DNA of 64,000 nt, taken from positions 1,408,001 through 1,472,000 of the forward strand of contig CAVVHE010000004.1 of the NCBI GenBank assembly GCA_963748015.1. Reading direction: 5' to 3'. Position numbers and translations under genes: made by a program. The notes under the pieces were generated by a model. It had not been told where the DNA came from and ran no database searches. It saw nothing but the letters and a program-made list of their open reading frames with translations. The stretch comes from Terriglobia bacterium (GTDB lineage: Bacteria; Acidobacteriota; Polarisedimenticolia; Polarisedimenticolales; JAIQFR01). Of this stretch, positions 1 through 10,437 are shown piece by piece; the stretch's first letter is position 1, and each line of letters begins with the position of its first letter.

Positions 1-692
1 AGCATCGCCGCGGGCATCCCGCCCCCCGCGATCCCCTCCGATACCGTCCGGAAGTCCACGCTGCCGAACACCGTCGCCAGGTACAGGATCCCGATCAGGA
101 AACCGAAGTCCCCGATCCGGTTCGTCAGGAACGCCTTCCTCCCCGCGTCCGCGCACGTCAGACCCGTCCTCGCGTCGAACGGCCGGTCGTAGAAGAACCC
201 GATCAGGAGGTAGGAGCACAGACCCACCCCCTCCCACCCCACGAACATCACCAGGAGATTCGACGCCAGCACCAGCGTCAGCATCATCCCCATGAACAGG
301 TTCATGTAGGTGAAAAACCGGGCGAAGCCCTCCTCGTGCGCCATGTACCCCGTCGCGTACACGTGGATCAGGAACCCCACACCCGTCACGACCAGGAGCA
401 GCACCGACGACAGCGGGTCGAGCGCGAAGCCCCAAGCGATCTCGAGCGCCTCGCCACCGGGGCTCACCGCCCCAAGGGGCATCCACGTCGCCACCTCCGT
501 CTGGAAGTGGCGCGCGTCCGCGGGCAGCCCCGACAGCTGCACCACCGCTCCCACCGACAGCAGGAACGACAGCAGCACCGTGCCGCAAGCCACGAGCCCC
601 ACCGTCCGACGCGACAGCTTCGGCCCGACGAGCCCGTTCACCGCCACGCCCAGCAGCGGCAGCACCGGTATCAGCCAGATCAGGTTCAGCAT
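1..692 (-). CDS. nuoL: NADH-quinone oxidoreductase subunit L (5' part; runs off window start)
   Basis: ATG at 692 gives MLNLIWLIPVLPLLG; reverse strand encodes MFVGWEGVGLCSYLLIGFF and AGRKAFLTNRIGDFGF; follows nuoK. Confidence 0.93.
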   Translation of the reverse strand, partial: MLNLIWLIPVLPLLGVAVNGLVGPKLSRRTVGLVACGTVLLSFLLSVGAVVQLSGLPADARHFQTEVATWMPLGAVSPGGEALEIAWGFALDPLSSVLLLVVTGVGFLIHVYATGYMAHEEGFARFFTYMNLFMGMMLTLVLASNLLVMFVGWEGVGLCSYLLIGFFYDRPFDARTGLTCADAGRKAFLTNRIGDFGFLIGILYLATVFGSVDFRTVSEGIAGGGMPAAM

Positions 693-699
693 GGGCGCC

Positions 700-1002
700 C
701 TACCACTTGAGGAGGTGGATTTCGTCGACGTTGAGGCTCGCCCGGTTCCGGAACAGGGCGATGAGGATCGCGAGGCCGACCGCCGCTTCGCCGGCCGCCA
801 CCGCGATGACGAACATCGCGAAGACCTGGCCGGCGACGTCGGGACGGGCCCAGGCGAAGGCGACGAGGTTCAGGTTCGCGGCGTTGAGCATCAGCTCGAT
901 GCTCATCAGGATCAGGATGGCGTTCCGCCGGAGCAGCACGCCCATGACGCCGACGGAGAACATCGCCAGGCTGAGGAGCATCACGTGGTGGGGCGCGAGC
1001 AT
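700..1002 (-). CDS. nuoK: NADH-quinone oxidoreductase subunit K
   Basis: 100 aa hydrophobic; [17 protein letters not shown] and [10 protein letters not shown] motifs. Confidence 0.96.
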   Translation of the reverse strand: MLAPHHVMLLSLAMFSVGVMGVLLRRNAILILMSIELMLNAANLNLVAFAWARPDVAGQVFAMFVIAVAAGEAAVGLAILIALFRNRASLNVDEIHLLKW

Positions 1003-1018
1003 CGTCCTTCCTCCGGGT

Positions 1019-1528
1019 TCAGGCCTTGGGGCGGGCCAGGACGATCGCCCCCACCATCGCGACGAGAAGCAGGATCGAGACCGCCTCGAACGGAAGGAGG
1101 TAGTAGCGAAACATCGCCACCGCCACGGTCTCGAGGTTTCCGCCGTCGCCGGCCAGGGCCGCGGCGTCGTTGGCCCGGGCCGGTCCTCCGGCGAGGAAGT
1201 ACCAGGCCAGGAGGCCGGCCACGAGAGCGGTCATCAGGGCCGACGAGGCGACGTGCACCCGGCGAGGCGCGAGCTTCGCTCCCGTTCCGGGCCTATCGAC
1301 GAGCAGGATGACGAACAGGAACAGCACCATGATGCCGCCGGCGTAGACCAGCACCTGTACCGCGCCGAGGAACTCCGCGCGCAGCACGACGTAGATCGCC
1401 GCCACCGCGAAGAAGGTCACGATCAGGTAGAGCGCGGCGTGGACGGGGTTCCGCCGCGTGACCACCATCACGGCGGACGCCAGGGCCACGAGGGCCAGCA
1501 CCAGGAAGATCAGAAACTGTCCGTCCAT
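1019..1528 (-). CDS. nuoJ: NADH-quinone oxidoreductase subunit J
   Basis: [44 protein letters not shown]. Confidence 0.96.
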   Translation of the reverse strand: MDGQFLIFLVLALVALASAVMVVTRRNPVHAALYLIVTFFAVAAIYVVLRAEFLGAVQVLVYAGGIMVLFLFVILLVDRPGTGAKLAPRRVHVASSALMTALVAGLLAWYFLAGGPARANDAAALAGDGGNLETVAVAMFRYYLLPFEAVSILLLVAMVGAIVLARPKA

Positions 1529-1538
1529 CGGCGGGCTC

Positions 1539-2021
1539 CTACTTCTTGTACTCCTCGCGGTCGTGTCCCTCGTACAGGCTCCCCATCTCCGACATGAACT
1601 CGTACCGGCGGTACTTCGCCATCTCGTAGTCGTGGGACATGTAGATCGCGGTGATCGGCTTGGTCGGGCAGGGGTCGACGCACAGGCCGCACAGGCAACA
1701 CTTCTCGTAGTCGATGTAGAAGCTCTTGGCCTGCTTCCCCTTCCCGCCCTTCCGCTCCTCGGGGATCACCGTGATGCAGCGGTCGGGGCAGGCCAGCGCG
1801 CACTGGTTGCAACCCACGCAGAGCTGCCCGTCCACGTCGGGATGGTCGCGGAGGCGCGGGACGCCGCGGAAGCGAGGCCGGAGCTCCGGGCGCTCCTTGG
1901 GGTACTGCTGCGTGACCTTCGGCCTGAACTGGTGCTTCAGGGTGACCCAGAGGCCCGCGCACAGCTCCAGGAGGAGCAGCTTTCGCAAGACGCTGTCCTT
2001 CGGACGCACGATCTTGGACAT
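1539..2021 (-). CDS. nuoI: NADH-quinone oxidoreductase subunit I (2x[4Fe-4S])
   Basis: TQQYPKE, RFRG, CVGCNQCALACP and CCLCGLCVDPCP. Confidence 0.95.
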   Translation of the reverse strand: MSKIVRPKDSVLRKLLLLELCAGLWVTLKHQFRPKVTQQYPKERPELRPRFRGVPRLRDHPDVDGQLCVGCNQCALACPDRCITVIPEERKGGKGKQAKSFYIDYEKCCLCGLCVDPCPTKPITAIYMSHDYEMAKYRRYEFMSEMGSLYEGHDREEYKK

Positions 2022-2070
2022 CGCCTTCCACCTCGAACGGTCCCGGCGAGCCGGGCCCGAACGCCGCGCC

Positions 2071-3171
2071 CTAGCCGCGGCGGAGAAGCATCACGAGCCC
2101 CGTGACCATCACGTGCACGAGGCCGAGCGGGATCAGCCATTTCCACCCCAGCCGCATGAGCTGGTCGTAGCGATATCGCGGGAAAGTGGCCCGCATCCAG
2201 AGATAGACGAACAGGACCACGAACACCTTGAGCGCGAACCAGAAGAAACCGGTCAGCATCGCGCCCGCGCTCCCCCAGAACGGGAGGAAGTTGGACAGGG
2301 CGCCCGGCAGCGACGGGAAGAAGTGGCCGAGGCCGAACGTCACCGGGAGCCACCCGCCGAAGAAGAGCACGGCGACGATGCACCCGACCAGGATCATGTT
2401 CATGTACTCGGCGAGGAAGAAGAACGCGAACTTCATCCCCGAGTACTCGGTGTGGAACCCGGCCACCAGCTCGTTCTCGGCCTCGGGCAGGTCGAACGGG
2501 GTGCGGTTCGTCTCGGCCACCCCGGAGACGAAGTAGAGGAAGAGCCCCACGATCTGCGGGTACGGGAGCCAGAAGGCGAACCAGTACCCCGCGGCCGCCT
2601 GGGCTCGAACGATCCCGACCATCGAGGCGGTCCCGGCGAGCATCAGCACCGAAACCACCGACAGTCCGAGGGGGACCTCGTACGAGATCATCTGAGCGGC
2701 CGACCGGAGGGCGCCGAGCATCGAGTACTTGGAGTTCGAAGCCCAACCGGCCATCACGATCCCGTAGACGCCCAGGCTCGAGATCGCGAGGAGGAAGAGC
2801 AGGCCGACGTTGACGTCGGTGACCCACGGCGTGATTTCCACCCCGGCGACCCGGATGGGCTGGCCGGAGAACGGAATGACCGCGAAGGCCGCCATCGCCG
2901 GGAGGAGGAGGATCACCGGCGCCAGGAAGAACACCAGCCGGTCCACGTGGCGCGGTGTCAAGTCCTCCTTGACGAAGAGCTTGAGCACGTCGGCGATCGG
3001 CTGCATCAGGCCGTGCCAGCCCACCCGCATCGGCCCGAGCCTCACCTGCATCCAGGCGTTGACCTTCCGCTCGAGGAGCACGAGGTACATCACCGTGACC
3101 AGGACGAGCGCGATCACCACCGCGATCTGCACGACCGGGATCAGCACGAACCGGAGAAAGGTCGGGTTCAT
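2071..3171 (-). CDS. nuoH: NADH-quinone oxidoreductase subunit H
   Basis: ERKVNAWMQVRLGP, AETNRTPFDLPEAENELVAGFHTEYSG, PRYRYDQLM. Confidence 0.97.
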   Translation of the reverse strand: MNPTFLRFVLIPVVQIAVVIALVLVTVMYLVLLERKVNAWMQVRLGPMRVGWHGLMQPIADVLKLFVKEDLTPRHVDRLVFFLAPVILLLPAMAAFAVIPFSGQPIRVAGVEITPWVTDVNVGLLFLLAISSLGVYGIVMAGWASNSKYSMLGALRSAAQMISYEVPLGLSVVSVLMLAGTASMVGIVRAQAAAGYWFAFWLPYPQIVGLFLYFVSGVAETNRTPFDLPEAENELVAGFHTEYSGMKFAFFFLAEYMNMILVGCIVAVLFFGGWLPVTFGLGHFFPSLPGALSNFLPFWGSAGAMLTGFFWFALKVFVVLFVYLWMRATFPRYRYDQLMRLGWKWLIPLGLVHVMVTGLVMLLRRG

Positions 3172-3172
3172 G

Positions 3173-4270
3173 TCAGCGGTCCACGCATCCGAGCACGACG
3201 TCCAGGGTTCCGATCACCGCCACGACGTCGGCGACCAGGTGCCCGCGGACCATGTCGGGAAGGGCTTGCAGGTTGACGAAATTCGGCGACCGGAAGCGGC
3301 AGCGGTACGCGTTTTCCGAGCCGTCGCTGATCAGGTAGACCCCCAGCTCGCCGCGGGGCCCCTCGTTCACGTGGTACACCTCGCCCTTCGGCGGCTTGAT
3401 CCGGCGCGGGGCCTTGCCCCGGATCTCTCCGGCGGGGAGCTTGTCGAGGGCCTGCAGGACGATCCTGCGGCTCTGGCGCATCTCCTCCATCCGGCAGAGG
3501 TACCGGTCGTAGGTGTCGCCCCGGTCCCCCACGGGGACGTCGAAGTCGAAGTCGGCGTACGCCTCGTAGGGAATCGCCTTGCGGACGTCGTACGCGACGC
3601 CGGACCCGCGCAGGCACGGCCCGGTCATCCCGTAGTCGAGGGCCGCCGGCCCGTCGATCACGCCGACCTCCCGCGTCCGGCCCAGCCAGATTCGGTTCGC
3701 GGTCAGCAGCTTGTGGTACTCGTCGAGCCGCGGGGGGAACACCTCGAGGAAACGGCGGGTCTCCTCGACCCAGCCCTCCGGAAAGTCCTCGAGCATCCCG
3801 CCCACCCGGACCGCGTTGTACGTGAGCCTCGCGCCGCAGTACGACTCGAACAGGTCGAGGACCTGCTCCCGCTCCCGCATGCCGTAGACGAAGACGGTCA
3901 GCGCCCCGATGTCCATGGCGTGGGTGCCGAGCCAGATCAGGTGGCTCGCGATCCGCTGCAGCTCCGCCAGGATCACGCGCATGTACTGGGCGCGGGGCGG
4001 AACCTCGACGCCGAGGAGGCGCTCGACCGCCTCGATGTACACCAGGTTCTCGGAGAACGCCGCGATGTAGTCCATCCGGTCGGTGTACACGACGGCCTGG
4101 GGGTACGTGCGGTCCTCGCCGAGCTTCTCGCAGCCGCGGTGGAGGTACCCGATGTAGGGACGGGTGTCGACGACGCGCTCGCCGTCGAGCTTGAGCAGGA
4201 GCCTCAGCACCCCGTGGGTCGAGGGGTGCTGCGGCCCCATGTTGATTTCCATCTCCGTCGTGCCGAACAT
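3173..4270 (-). CDS. nuoD: NADH-quinone oxidoreductase subunit D
   Basis: NMGPQHPSTHGVLRL, GYLHRGCEK, C-terminal GCVDR; start placed at MFGTT (4270). Confidence 0.95.
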   Translation of the reverse strand: MFGTTEMEINMGPQHPSTHGVLRLLLKLDGERVVDTRPYIGYLHRGCEKLGEDRTYPQAVVYTDRMDYIAAFSENLVYIEAVERLLGVEVPPRAQYMRVILAELQRIASHLIWLGTHAMDIGALTVFVYGMREREQVLDLFESYCGARLTYNAVRVGGMLEDFPEGWVEETRRFLEVFPPRLDEYHKLLTANRIWLGRTREVGVIDGPAALDYGMTGPCLRGSGVAYDVRKAIPYEAYADFDFDVPVGDRGDTYDRYLCRMEEMRQSRRIVLQALDKLPAGEIRGKAPRRIKPPKGEVYHVNEGPRGELGVYLISDGSENAYRCRFRSPNFVNLQALPDMVRGHLVADVVAVIGTLDVVLGCVDR

Positions 4271-4296
4271 CGCGTCGAGGCCTCCGAGCGCCTGGC

Positions 4297-4932
4297 TCAG
4301 TCCTTGTAGGTGTTTCGCCGGTCGTCCTCGGGACGCCGCCAGTAACCGTGGTCCTGCTCGCGCCCCTCGAGCGGGAAGTCCTTTCGAAGCGGGAACGCGT
4401 CGAACTCCTCGGGCATGAGGATTCGCCGGAGATCGGGGTGGCCCGCGAAGCGGATCCCGAACATGTCGAACGCCTCCCGTTCGTGCCAGTTCGCGCCCCG
4501 CCAAACCCCCGACACCGTCGGGACCTCGCCCCCGTCCTCCACACCGGTCTTGACCGCGATGCGCTCGCCGGTCTCCGGGTTGGTCAGGTGGTAGGCGACG
4601 TCGAAGCGGGGTGCCGCGCGGAGCCGGATCATGTCCACGCCGCAGAGGTCGGCGAGCAGGAGCATGCCGCAGTCACGGTCTTCTTTGAGGAACCGGCAGA
4701 CCTCCGCGATCCGCTCCTTGGGCACCCTGACGATCGGTACGCCGCAGTAATACGAAGCGTCCTCGATGGCGTCGGCCATGACCGCCTTGAGGCGGTCGAG
4801 GGACCGGGAGGGCACCGCGGCGTCGAGCTTGGGCGCGCCCTCCCCTTCCGCTTTTTTCGGGGCCGCCGGCTTGGCATCGCTTCCCGCCGGCGGGGGCACC
4901 GGAGCGCCGGCGCCCGGTTTCTGCTCGTCCAT
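4297..4932 (-). CDS. nuoC: NADH-quinone oxidoreductase subunit C
   Basis: ANWHEREAFDMFGIRFAGHPDLRRILMP, PLRKDFPL. Confidence 0.95.
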   Translation of the reverse strand: MDEQKPGAGAPVPPPAGSDAKPAAPKKAEGEGAPKLDAAVPSRSLDRLKAVMADAIEDASYYCGVPIVRVPKERIAEVCRFLKEDRDCGMLLLADLCGVDMIRLRAAPRFDVAYHLTNPETGERIAVKTGVEDGGEVPTVSGVWRGANWHEREAFDMFGIRFAGHPDLRRILMPEEFDAFPLRKDFPLEGREQDHGYWRRPEDDRRNTYKD

Positions 4933-4939
4933 GGGTCCC

Positions 4940-5418
<479 letters not shown>

Positions 5419-5428
<10 letters not shown>

Positions 5429-5778
5429 TCGAGGGCTCCTTTCTTCCACGCGTACGCGTACGCGACGACCAGGATGGCGATGAAGACGGCCATCTCGATG
5501 AACCCGAACAGCCCCAGCATCCGGTACCGCACCGCCCAGGGGAAGAGGAAGACGGTCTCGACGTCGAAGATCAGGAACAGGACGGCGATGACGTAGTACT
5601 GGACGGAATACCGCCCCCAGACCTCGTCGTTGCTCTCGAGGCCGCACTCGTAACGCTCCCCCTTGACCGGCTCGGGGCGGCTGGGCCGGACGAGCCACGC
5701 CATCGCGAAGGTGGCGAGGGGGAAGACGATGGCGATGAGGATGAACAGGAGGATCGGAACGTAGGGAAGAGAAGACAT
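5419..5778 (-). CDS. nuoA: NADH-quinone oxidoreductase subunit A
   Basis: [28 protein letters not shown]; start MSSLP after AGGAGG. Confidence 0.95.
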
Positions 5779-5827
5779 CAGGCGTTCCTCCTGACGGATC
5801 CGAGCCCGGTCCTGCGAAAAGGCGGTG

Positions 5828-5856
5828 ACGTTACCATAGGGGTATACGGGGGTCAA
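5828..5856 (-). promoter_or_regulatory. Putative sigma70 promoter of nuo operon
   Basis: Minus strand TTGACC-17 nt-TAACGT with TG extended -10, about 50 nt upstream of nuoA. Confidence 0.6.
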
Positions 5857-5938
5857 GAAATCGATAGAAACGATCGCGATTCCACGCCGGAGAGCTCGCT
5901 TTTCGCGGCGCGACGAACTCGAGGGCGTGGTCGGGGAA

Positions 5939-6577
5939 CTACGCGATGGCGCGAAGGTCGAGGCGGACGATCGCGTCCCAGACGCGGTTCGCGTACTCGA
6001 GGGGGACCGATTCGCCCTGCCCCTTGAAGAGCTGCACCCGCCCGGGGCCGTCGTGGAAGGCCGCGAGCGCGGCGTCGATGTCCCCGAACCGGTGGAGGAG
6101 GCGGCTGAGGTAGAAGCTCCCGAGCAGGACGTTGACGTCCGGATCGAGCAGCAGGTCGTCCGAGCGCCAGGCGATGCCGAGATCCTCGGCAAGCTCCCGG
6201 GCGGTATCGGCTCGGAGCTGCATCAGCCCCATGGCCCCCCGGGGGGAGACCGCCAGGGGATCGAATTCGCTTTCGATCGCGATGATCCCGAGGACCGTGA
6301 GGGGGTCGATGCCGAACCGTTTGGAGTTGCGGTCCACCGTCCTGAGGAGGGCCTCGAGGTCCCCGCCCCGGATCGGGAGGTGCATTCTCTCGAGGGTCAG
6401 CCGCACTCTCCCCGCCCAGTCGTCCGGCTCGGAGGCCACGACCGGCGCACCGACGGGCGCAAGAGCCACGTCGGTCCTCTCCTCGGCCGGCACCTCGTGA
6501 CGCACCAGTGCCACGGCCAGGAGCACCATCGCGCCCAGGGCAAGGAAGCCGGCGAGAACGGGGGTTCGCAGTCGCAT
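5939..6577 (-). CDS. Lytic transglycosylase (SLT domain) with N-terminal anchor
   Basis: IIAIESEFDPLAVSPRGAMGLMQL (catalytic ES, GLMQ) and ALAAFHDG; N-terminal hydrophobic helix. Confidence 0.88.
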   Translation of the reverse strand: MRLRTPVLAGFLALGAMVLLAVALVRHEVPAEERTDVALAPVGAPVVASEPDDWAGRVRLTLERMHLPIRGGDLEALLRTVDRNSKRFGIDPLTVLGIIAIESEFDPLAVSPRGAMGLMQLRADTARELAEDLGIAWRSDDLLLDPDVNVLLGSFYLSRLLHRFGDIDAALAAFHDGPGRVQLFKGQGESVPLEYANRVWDAIVRLDLRAIA

Positions 6578-6586
6578 GACTCCCTG

Positions 6587-6615
6587 AGGGTACGGGGGGA
6601 CCCCCGAACTGTCAA
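6587..6615 (-). promoter_or_regulatory. Putative sigma70 promoter giving near-leaderless SLT mRNA
   Basis: Minus strand TTGACA-17 nt-TACCCT; -10 box ends 9 nt before ATG at 6577. Confidence 0.5.
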
Positions 6616-6641
6616 CTCTGGCCGAACTCGGATTCTTATAA

Positions 6642-8027
6642 TTACTTACTTTTGGTCGGCTTTCGCCTAGCGGTGGGCGTGCTTTTGGCTGGCGGCGGCG
6701 AGGCGAGGGCATCCGTCGCCGCGCTCGCAATCCGCAGGGTGACCTCCTGTCCGGTCCTGGCGAGGCGGAAGACCCGTTGCCCGCCCAGCATTTTCCGTTC
6801 GCCCGGCCGCTCGGGGGTCAGGGCGGCTCCGGGGAACCTCGCGGAGAGGCTTCGCTCGAGGCCGTACTCGAAGTCCGCGGCCTCCTCCTCGGAGATCCAC
6901 CGGGTGACCCAGACGGTCTGGCCGTCGCCGCCGGCCAAGGCAGCTTCGGGCTCGAAGCGGAACAGGGCGTCCGCGGCCCACCCATCGCCGGCCATCATCC
7001 CGAGGTTGTCCTTCCCGGTGAGCGACGACACCAGGACCACGATCCCCTGCTCGCCGAGGGAGTCACGGTCCACGAGGCTCGACCCCTTGGGTGGCGCGGG
7101 ATCGGGAATCGTCGAGGGAACGAGGGGGGTCCGGTTCGGGTGGAGCACGTCCCGGGTCGAGCGGCGCCCCGACGACGCCTTGTCGAGAGCCTTCCAGCCT
7201 CCGGCCCGGTACGCGGCGGCGGCCTGGGCGTACCCCTCCCGGTAGACGAAGTCGAGAAGCAGCCCTTCGACCCCGGGAAGGACGTCGAGGGAGGCCGGCA
7301 GGAGCGATCCCCCCAGGAGGTGCCCGGGATCCAGCGCACGCTCGAGCACCTGGCTCTCTATCCCCATCCCCTCGAAGAGCAACAGGGTGGCGACGAGATT
7401 CGCCTCGCCCTCCGCCCAGGCGCACGCGGCGAGCAGCTCGTCGGTCGTCCCTCGCATCGGCTCGGCGCCGGTCCGCCCCCGCTGGAGGGCATGCATCAGC
7501 ATGTGGGCGAGCGCCGGCTCGTCGGGACGCACGCCGGTCGCGAGCAGCAGCGACGACGTCGCGTCGTCGCCTTCCCTTGGGGCGAAGTCGTCCGAGGAGA
7601 GCGCGGACGGATCCACGAGCAGCCGCCGCCCGTCGGGGTCGTAGCCGATCTGCTGGAGGTCTTGGGCGACCGCCTCGACGAGGCGGCGGGGCGACCCCTC
7701 TCCTCCGAGTCCCAGCTCGGCCCACGCCCGGCCCCTCGCCGAGAGGACGGCCGGCGGCTGCGCCAAGCCGACCCGGCGAAGGGCGGCCTCCTTGCGGACG
7801 TCCTCCCCGGCGCGCACCGGCGGCGGCAACCCGGCGAAGCGGAGGCCCCGAATCCGCTCGACGCGCTCGGCCGTCTGGCGGCTCTCGCCGACGAGGTCCA
7901 GGTCCGCCCCCTTCGGCGGGATCGCAGCGGTGTCGACCTCGACGGGGACCGGCGGCCGGGGAGGTGTCCCGCCCTCCGCTCCGCCGAGCGCCAGCGCGGC
8001 GAGAAGCAAGGCAGATTCGGGAATCAC
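6642..8027 (-). CDS. Exported zincin-like hypothetical protein with degenerate HExxH (HMLMH)
   Basis: Signal-like N-terminus; VERIRGLRF, LAHMLMHALQ...EGEA, FVYREG, SLGEQG, GDGWAAD; GTG start overlaps upstream TGA. Confidence 0.6.
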   Translation of the reverse strand: MIPESALLLAALALGGAEGGTPPRPPVPVEVDTAAIPPKGADLDLVGESRQTAERVERIRGLRFAGLPPPVRAGEDVRKEAALRRVGLAQPPAVLSARGRAWAELGLGGEGSPRRLVEAVAQDLQQIGYDPDGRRLLVDPSALSSDDFAPREGDDATSSLLLATGVRPDEPALAHMLMHALQRGRTGAEPMRGTTDELLAACAWAEGEANLVATLLLFEGMGIESQVLERALDPGHLLGGSLLPASLDVLPGVEGLLLDFVYREGYAQAAAAYRAGGWKALDKASSGRRSTRDVLHPNRTPLVPSTIPDPAPPKGSSLVDRDSLGEQGIVVLVSSLTGKDNLGMMAGDGWAADALFRFEPEAALAGGDGQTVWVTRWISEEEAADFEYGLERSLSARFPGAALTPERPGERKMLGGQRVFRLARTGQEVTLRIASAATDALASPPPAKSTPTARRKPTKSK

Positions 8028-8464
8028 GGTAGTGGCGGCTCCGACAGGATCACGACCTTGTCCCCCCGTTTCAGGCCTTCGCGCCGCGTCGTGCCGGAGG
8101 CGAACTCGAGCACGTAGCTCGCCGACTCGAGAGGGACGACCTCGGCGCACGGCCCGTCCTCGGGACAAGGCGGCCGCTCGCGGGCGATGTCCACGACGCG
8201 CAGGGCCGCGTCGAGCCAGACGATGTCGAGGGACACCCGGCAGTTCTTCATCCAGAACGCGTGCCGGGCGGGCTGCTCGAAGAGGAACAGCATCCCCTCC
8301 CTCGGGCCGACCTTCTCGCGGCCCATGTACCCTTGCGCGCGGGCGGCGGGGTCGGCGGCGAGCTCGAGCGTGAACTCCGTTCCGCTCGGGAGCACGGCGA
8401 CGGCCCAGCGAGGGGCCACGGCGGCGAGGGCCCAGCAGACGAGGTACGAGGTCAAGGCGCTCAC
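8024..8464 (-). CDS. DUF192 family protein
   Basis: ELAADPAARAQGYMGR, GMLFLF, FWMKN, YVLEF; GTGA start/stop overlap. Confidence 0.88.
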   Translation of the reverse strand: MSALTSYLVCWALAAVAPRWAVAVLPSGTEFTLELAADPAARAQGYMGREKVGPREGMLFLFEQPARHAFWMKNCRVSLDIVWLDAALRVVDIARERPPCPEDGPCAEVVPLESASYVLEFASGTTRREGLKRGDKVVILSEPPLP

Positions 8465-9021
8465 TCCGCGCTCCCCTTCACGAATCTCCCGTCCTCGACC
8501 AGGAGGTCCGCGCTCTCGCCGTCGCCTCCCTCCACACCGTCCGCGCCGCGGCTTCCGAGGAGGTAGCCGCCGCCTGCCTTCGCCCGGTAGTCGAGCGGAC
8601 GTCCCCACGGATCGACCGGCTCCGACGAGAGGTAGTCCGGCACGAGATCCCGCAGCGACGACGGCCAGAGCCCCTTGTCGCGGTGGAAGCGCTCGACGCC
8701 TCTCGCCGTCTGGACGACGAGATCCCCCGCGCGGCGCAGCGGAAACTTGCGCGACGCCTCGAGAAGCCCCCGGTACAGGACGAGGTCCGCCTGCGCCCGC
8801 TCGGCCGCGCGCGACTCGGGATACTCGCTGAGAACGCGCTCGTACCGCTCGATCGCGGCCGGCAGGTCTCCGCGCTCGACCTTCTTGCCGGCCTCGGCGT
8901 AGAGCCGTTCCGCGCGCTGGTCGCCGCAGCCGGCGCTGCCCGCGGCGAGCAGGAGCCCGGCGACCAGCACGATCGCCGCGCGGCGTCCGCGGGCGTTGAC
9001 ACCGGAAAACCCCCGACTCAT
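8461..9021 (-). CDS. Putative lipoprotein: TPR (BamD-like) plus GspG C-terminal (T2SSG-like) domain
   Basis: Lipobox-like SAGC; AAIERYERVLSEYPES TPR; PVDPWGRPLDY...SRGADGVEGG typical of GspG head. Confidence 0.65.
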   Translation of the reverse strand: MSRGFSGVNARGRRAAIVLVAGLLLAAGSAGCGDQRAERLYAEAGKKVERGDLPAAIERYERVLSEYPESRAAERAQADLVLYRGLLEASRKFPLRRAGDLVVQTARGVERFHRDKGLWPSSLRDLVPDYLSSEPVDPWGRPLDYRAKAGGGYLLGSRGADGVEGGDGESADLLVEDGRFVKGSAE

Positions 9022-9077
9022 AATCCGCCCTCTCACCGGCGCTTCGGGTCGCATTGCAGGTGGCGGGTCCACTCTAG

Positions 9078-10421
9078 ATGACCGTGATGTCGAGGGCAAC
9101 CGAGATTCCCCAGCTGGTCCGGCGTCTCGGCAGCCGGCGGGAATCCGTAGTGGACGCGGCGAAGGCGCGGCTCTGCTTCAAGGGACCGCGCGCCGTCGAC
9201 GCGCTGATCGACGCGCTCGACGCGGACAACCCTAGGATCCGAGCGCACGCGATGCACCTTCTCGCCCTGATCCAGGACCCGAGGAGCCGGGAGCCGCTCA
9301 CCGCGATGCTCCTCGACCGGGACCCGAAGATCCGAGAGATCGCCGCGCGCTCCCTCGCGAGATGCCCGTCGTCCGCCGTGGTGGCCGCCCTCGAGAGATC
9401 CATGAAGAAGGAGAAGCACCTCGAGGTGCGCATCGCCGCCGCCCAGGCGCTGCTCGAGCAGTACGCGGCCGGCCAGGAACGCGCCATCGGCCAGGTGCTC
9501 GCGCTGCTGGTCGATGCCGCCGAGGAGCCTCGCGTCCGGCTCGCGGCGTTCGCGCTGCTCCCCATGCTCCGGGCATCCGCCCGGAGGGGGCTCTTGAAGC
9601 GCCTCGCGCAGGACCCCGTGCCCGCCGTGGCGCAGAAGGCAAGGGAGATCGACGCGGAGGGGCTTCCGCAGGTTCCGAAGGAAGCCGCCGCGATTCGCGG
9701 CCTTGTCGCGAGCCTGGGGTCGAACGACTACTCGGTCTGGAACCAGGCCGTCTTCCGCATCGCGGCCTGCGGCTCGCCCGCGGTGGACCCGCTCGTGGCG
9801 GAGATGGAGCGGCGGGCCCACGATCCGGAGTTCGGCGCGCGCGCCTCTATGGCCCTGAAGGCGCTCGGCCCTCGCTGCGCGCGGGCGCTCTCCGAGGCCC
9901 TCGACCGCGTCCAGGAACCCCTTCCCCTCCAGGTGCTCGTCGAGGTGGTGGGAGCGCTCGGCGAGAAGGCGCTGATCTACCGTCTCAAGGACCTCATCGA
10001 GCGGATCGCCGCGGGGGCGCGGAAGGAGGCGCACGCCAACGGCTTCGATCCGATCCAGCGCGTCCGCGCGAAGGCGCACCTCGAGCTGGCCCGCATCGGC
10101 AGCCGCGTCGCCGCAGGAGATTTGAGGACGATCCTGAGGGACTCGGGCCGGCGGCTCACCCTCGAGGTCCTCGCCGCCGCGGAGCGGATCGGCACGCGAA
10201 GCGAGATCCCCGATCTCCTCCGGGCGTACGCGAGGGAAGACCGATTCACGCGCGAGCGAGTGGCTCGCGCGCTGCGCGCGATCGTGAAGCGCGAGCGAAT
10301 ACGGCGTCACAACGCGATGTTCCGGTCGTTGACCGGGGAACAGCGCCGGGCCATGGACGCGATCTTCTCGCCGCCGGCACGGGGTCCGAGGGCGGTGCGG
10401 AGGACGGCGGCCCGGCGCTAG
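9078..10421 (+). CDS. HEAT-repeat protein
   Basis: Repeated helical units (DNPRIRAHAMHLLA, DPKIREIAARSLA, EVRIAAAQAL); directly upstream of pgk. Confidence 0.75.
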   Translation: MTVMSRATEIPQLVRRLGSRRESVVDAAKARLCFKGPRAVDALIDALDADNPRIRAHAMHLLALIQDPRSREPLTAMLLDRDPKIREIAARSLARCPSSAVVAALERSMKKEKHLEVRIAAAQALLEQYAAGQERAIGQVLALLVDAAEEPRVRLAAFALLPMLRASARRGLLKRLAQDPVPAVAQKAREIDAEGLPQVPKEAAAIRGLVASLGSNDYSVWNQAVFRIAACGSPAVDPLVAEMERRAHDPEFGARASMALKALGPRCARALSEALDRVQEPLPLQVLVEVVGALGEKALIYRLKDLIERIAAGARKEAHANGFDPIQRVRAKAHLELARIGSRVAAGDLRTILRDSGRRLTLEVLAAAERIGTRSEIPDLLRAYAREDRFTRERVARALRAIVKRERIRRHNAMFRSLTGEQRRAMDAIFSPPARGPRAVRRTAARR

Positions 10422-10437
10422 GAGAAGGAGGCTCGAC

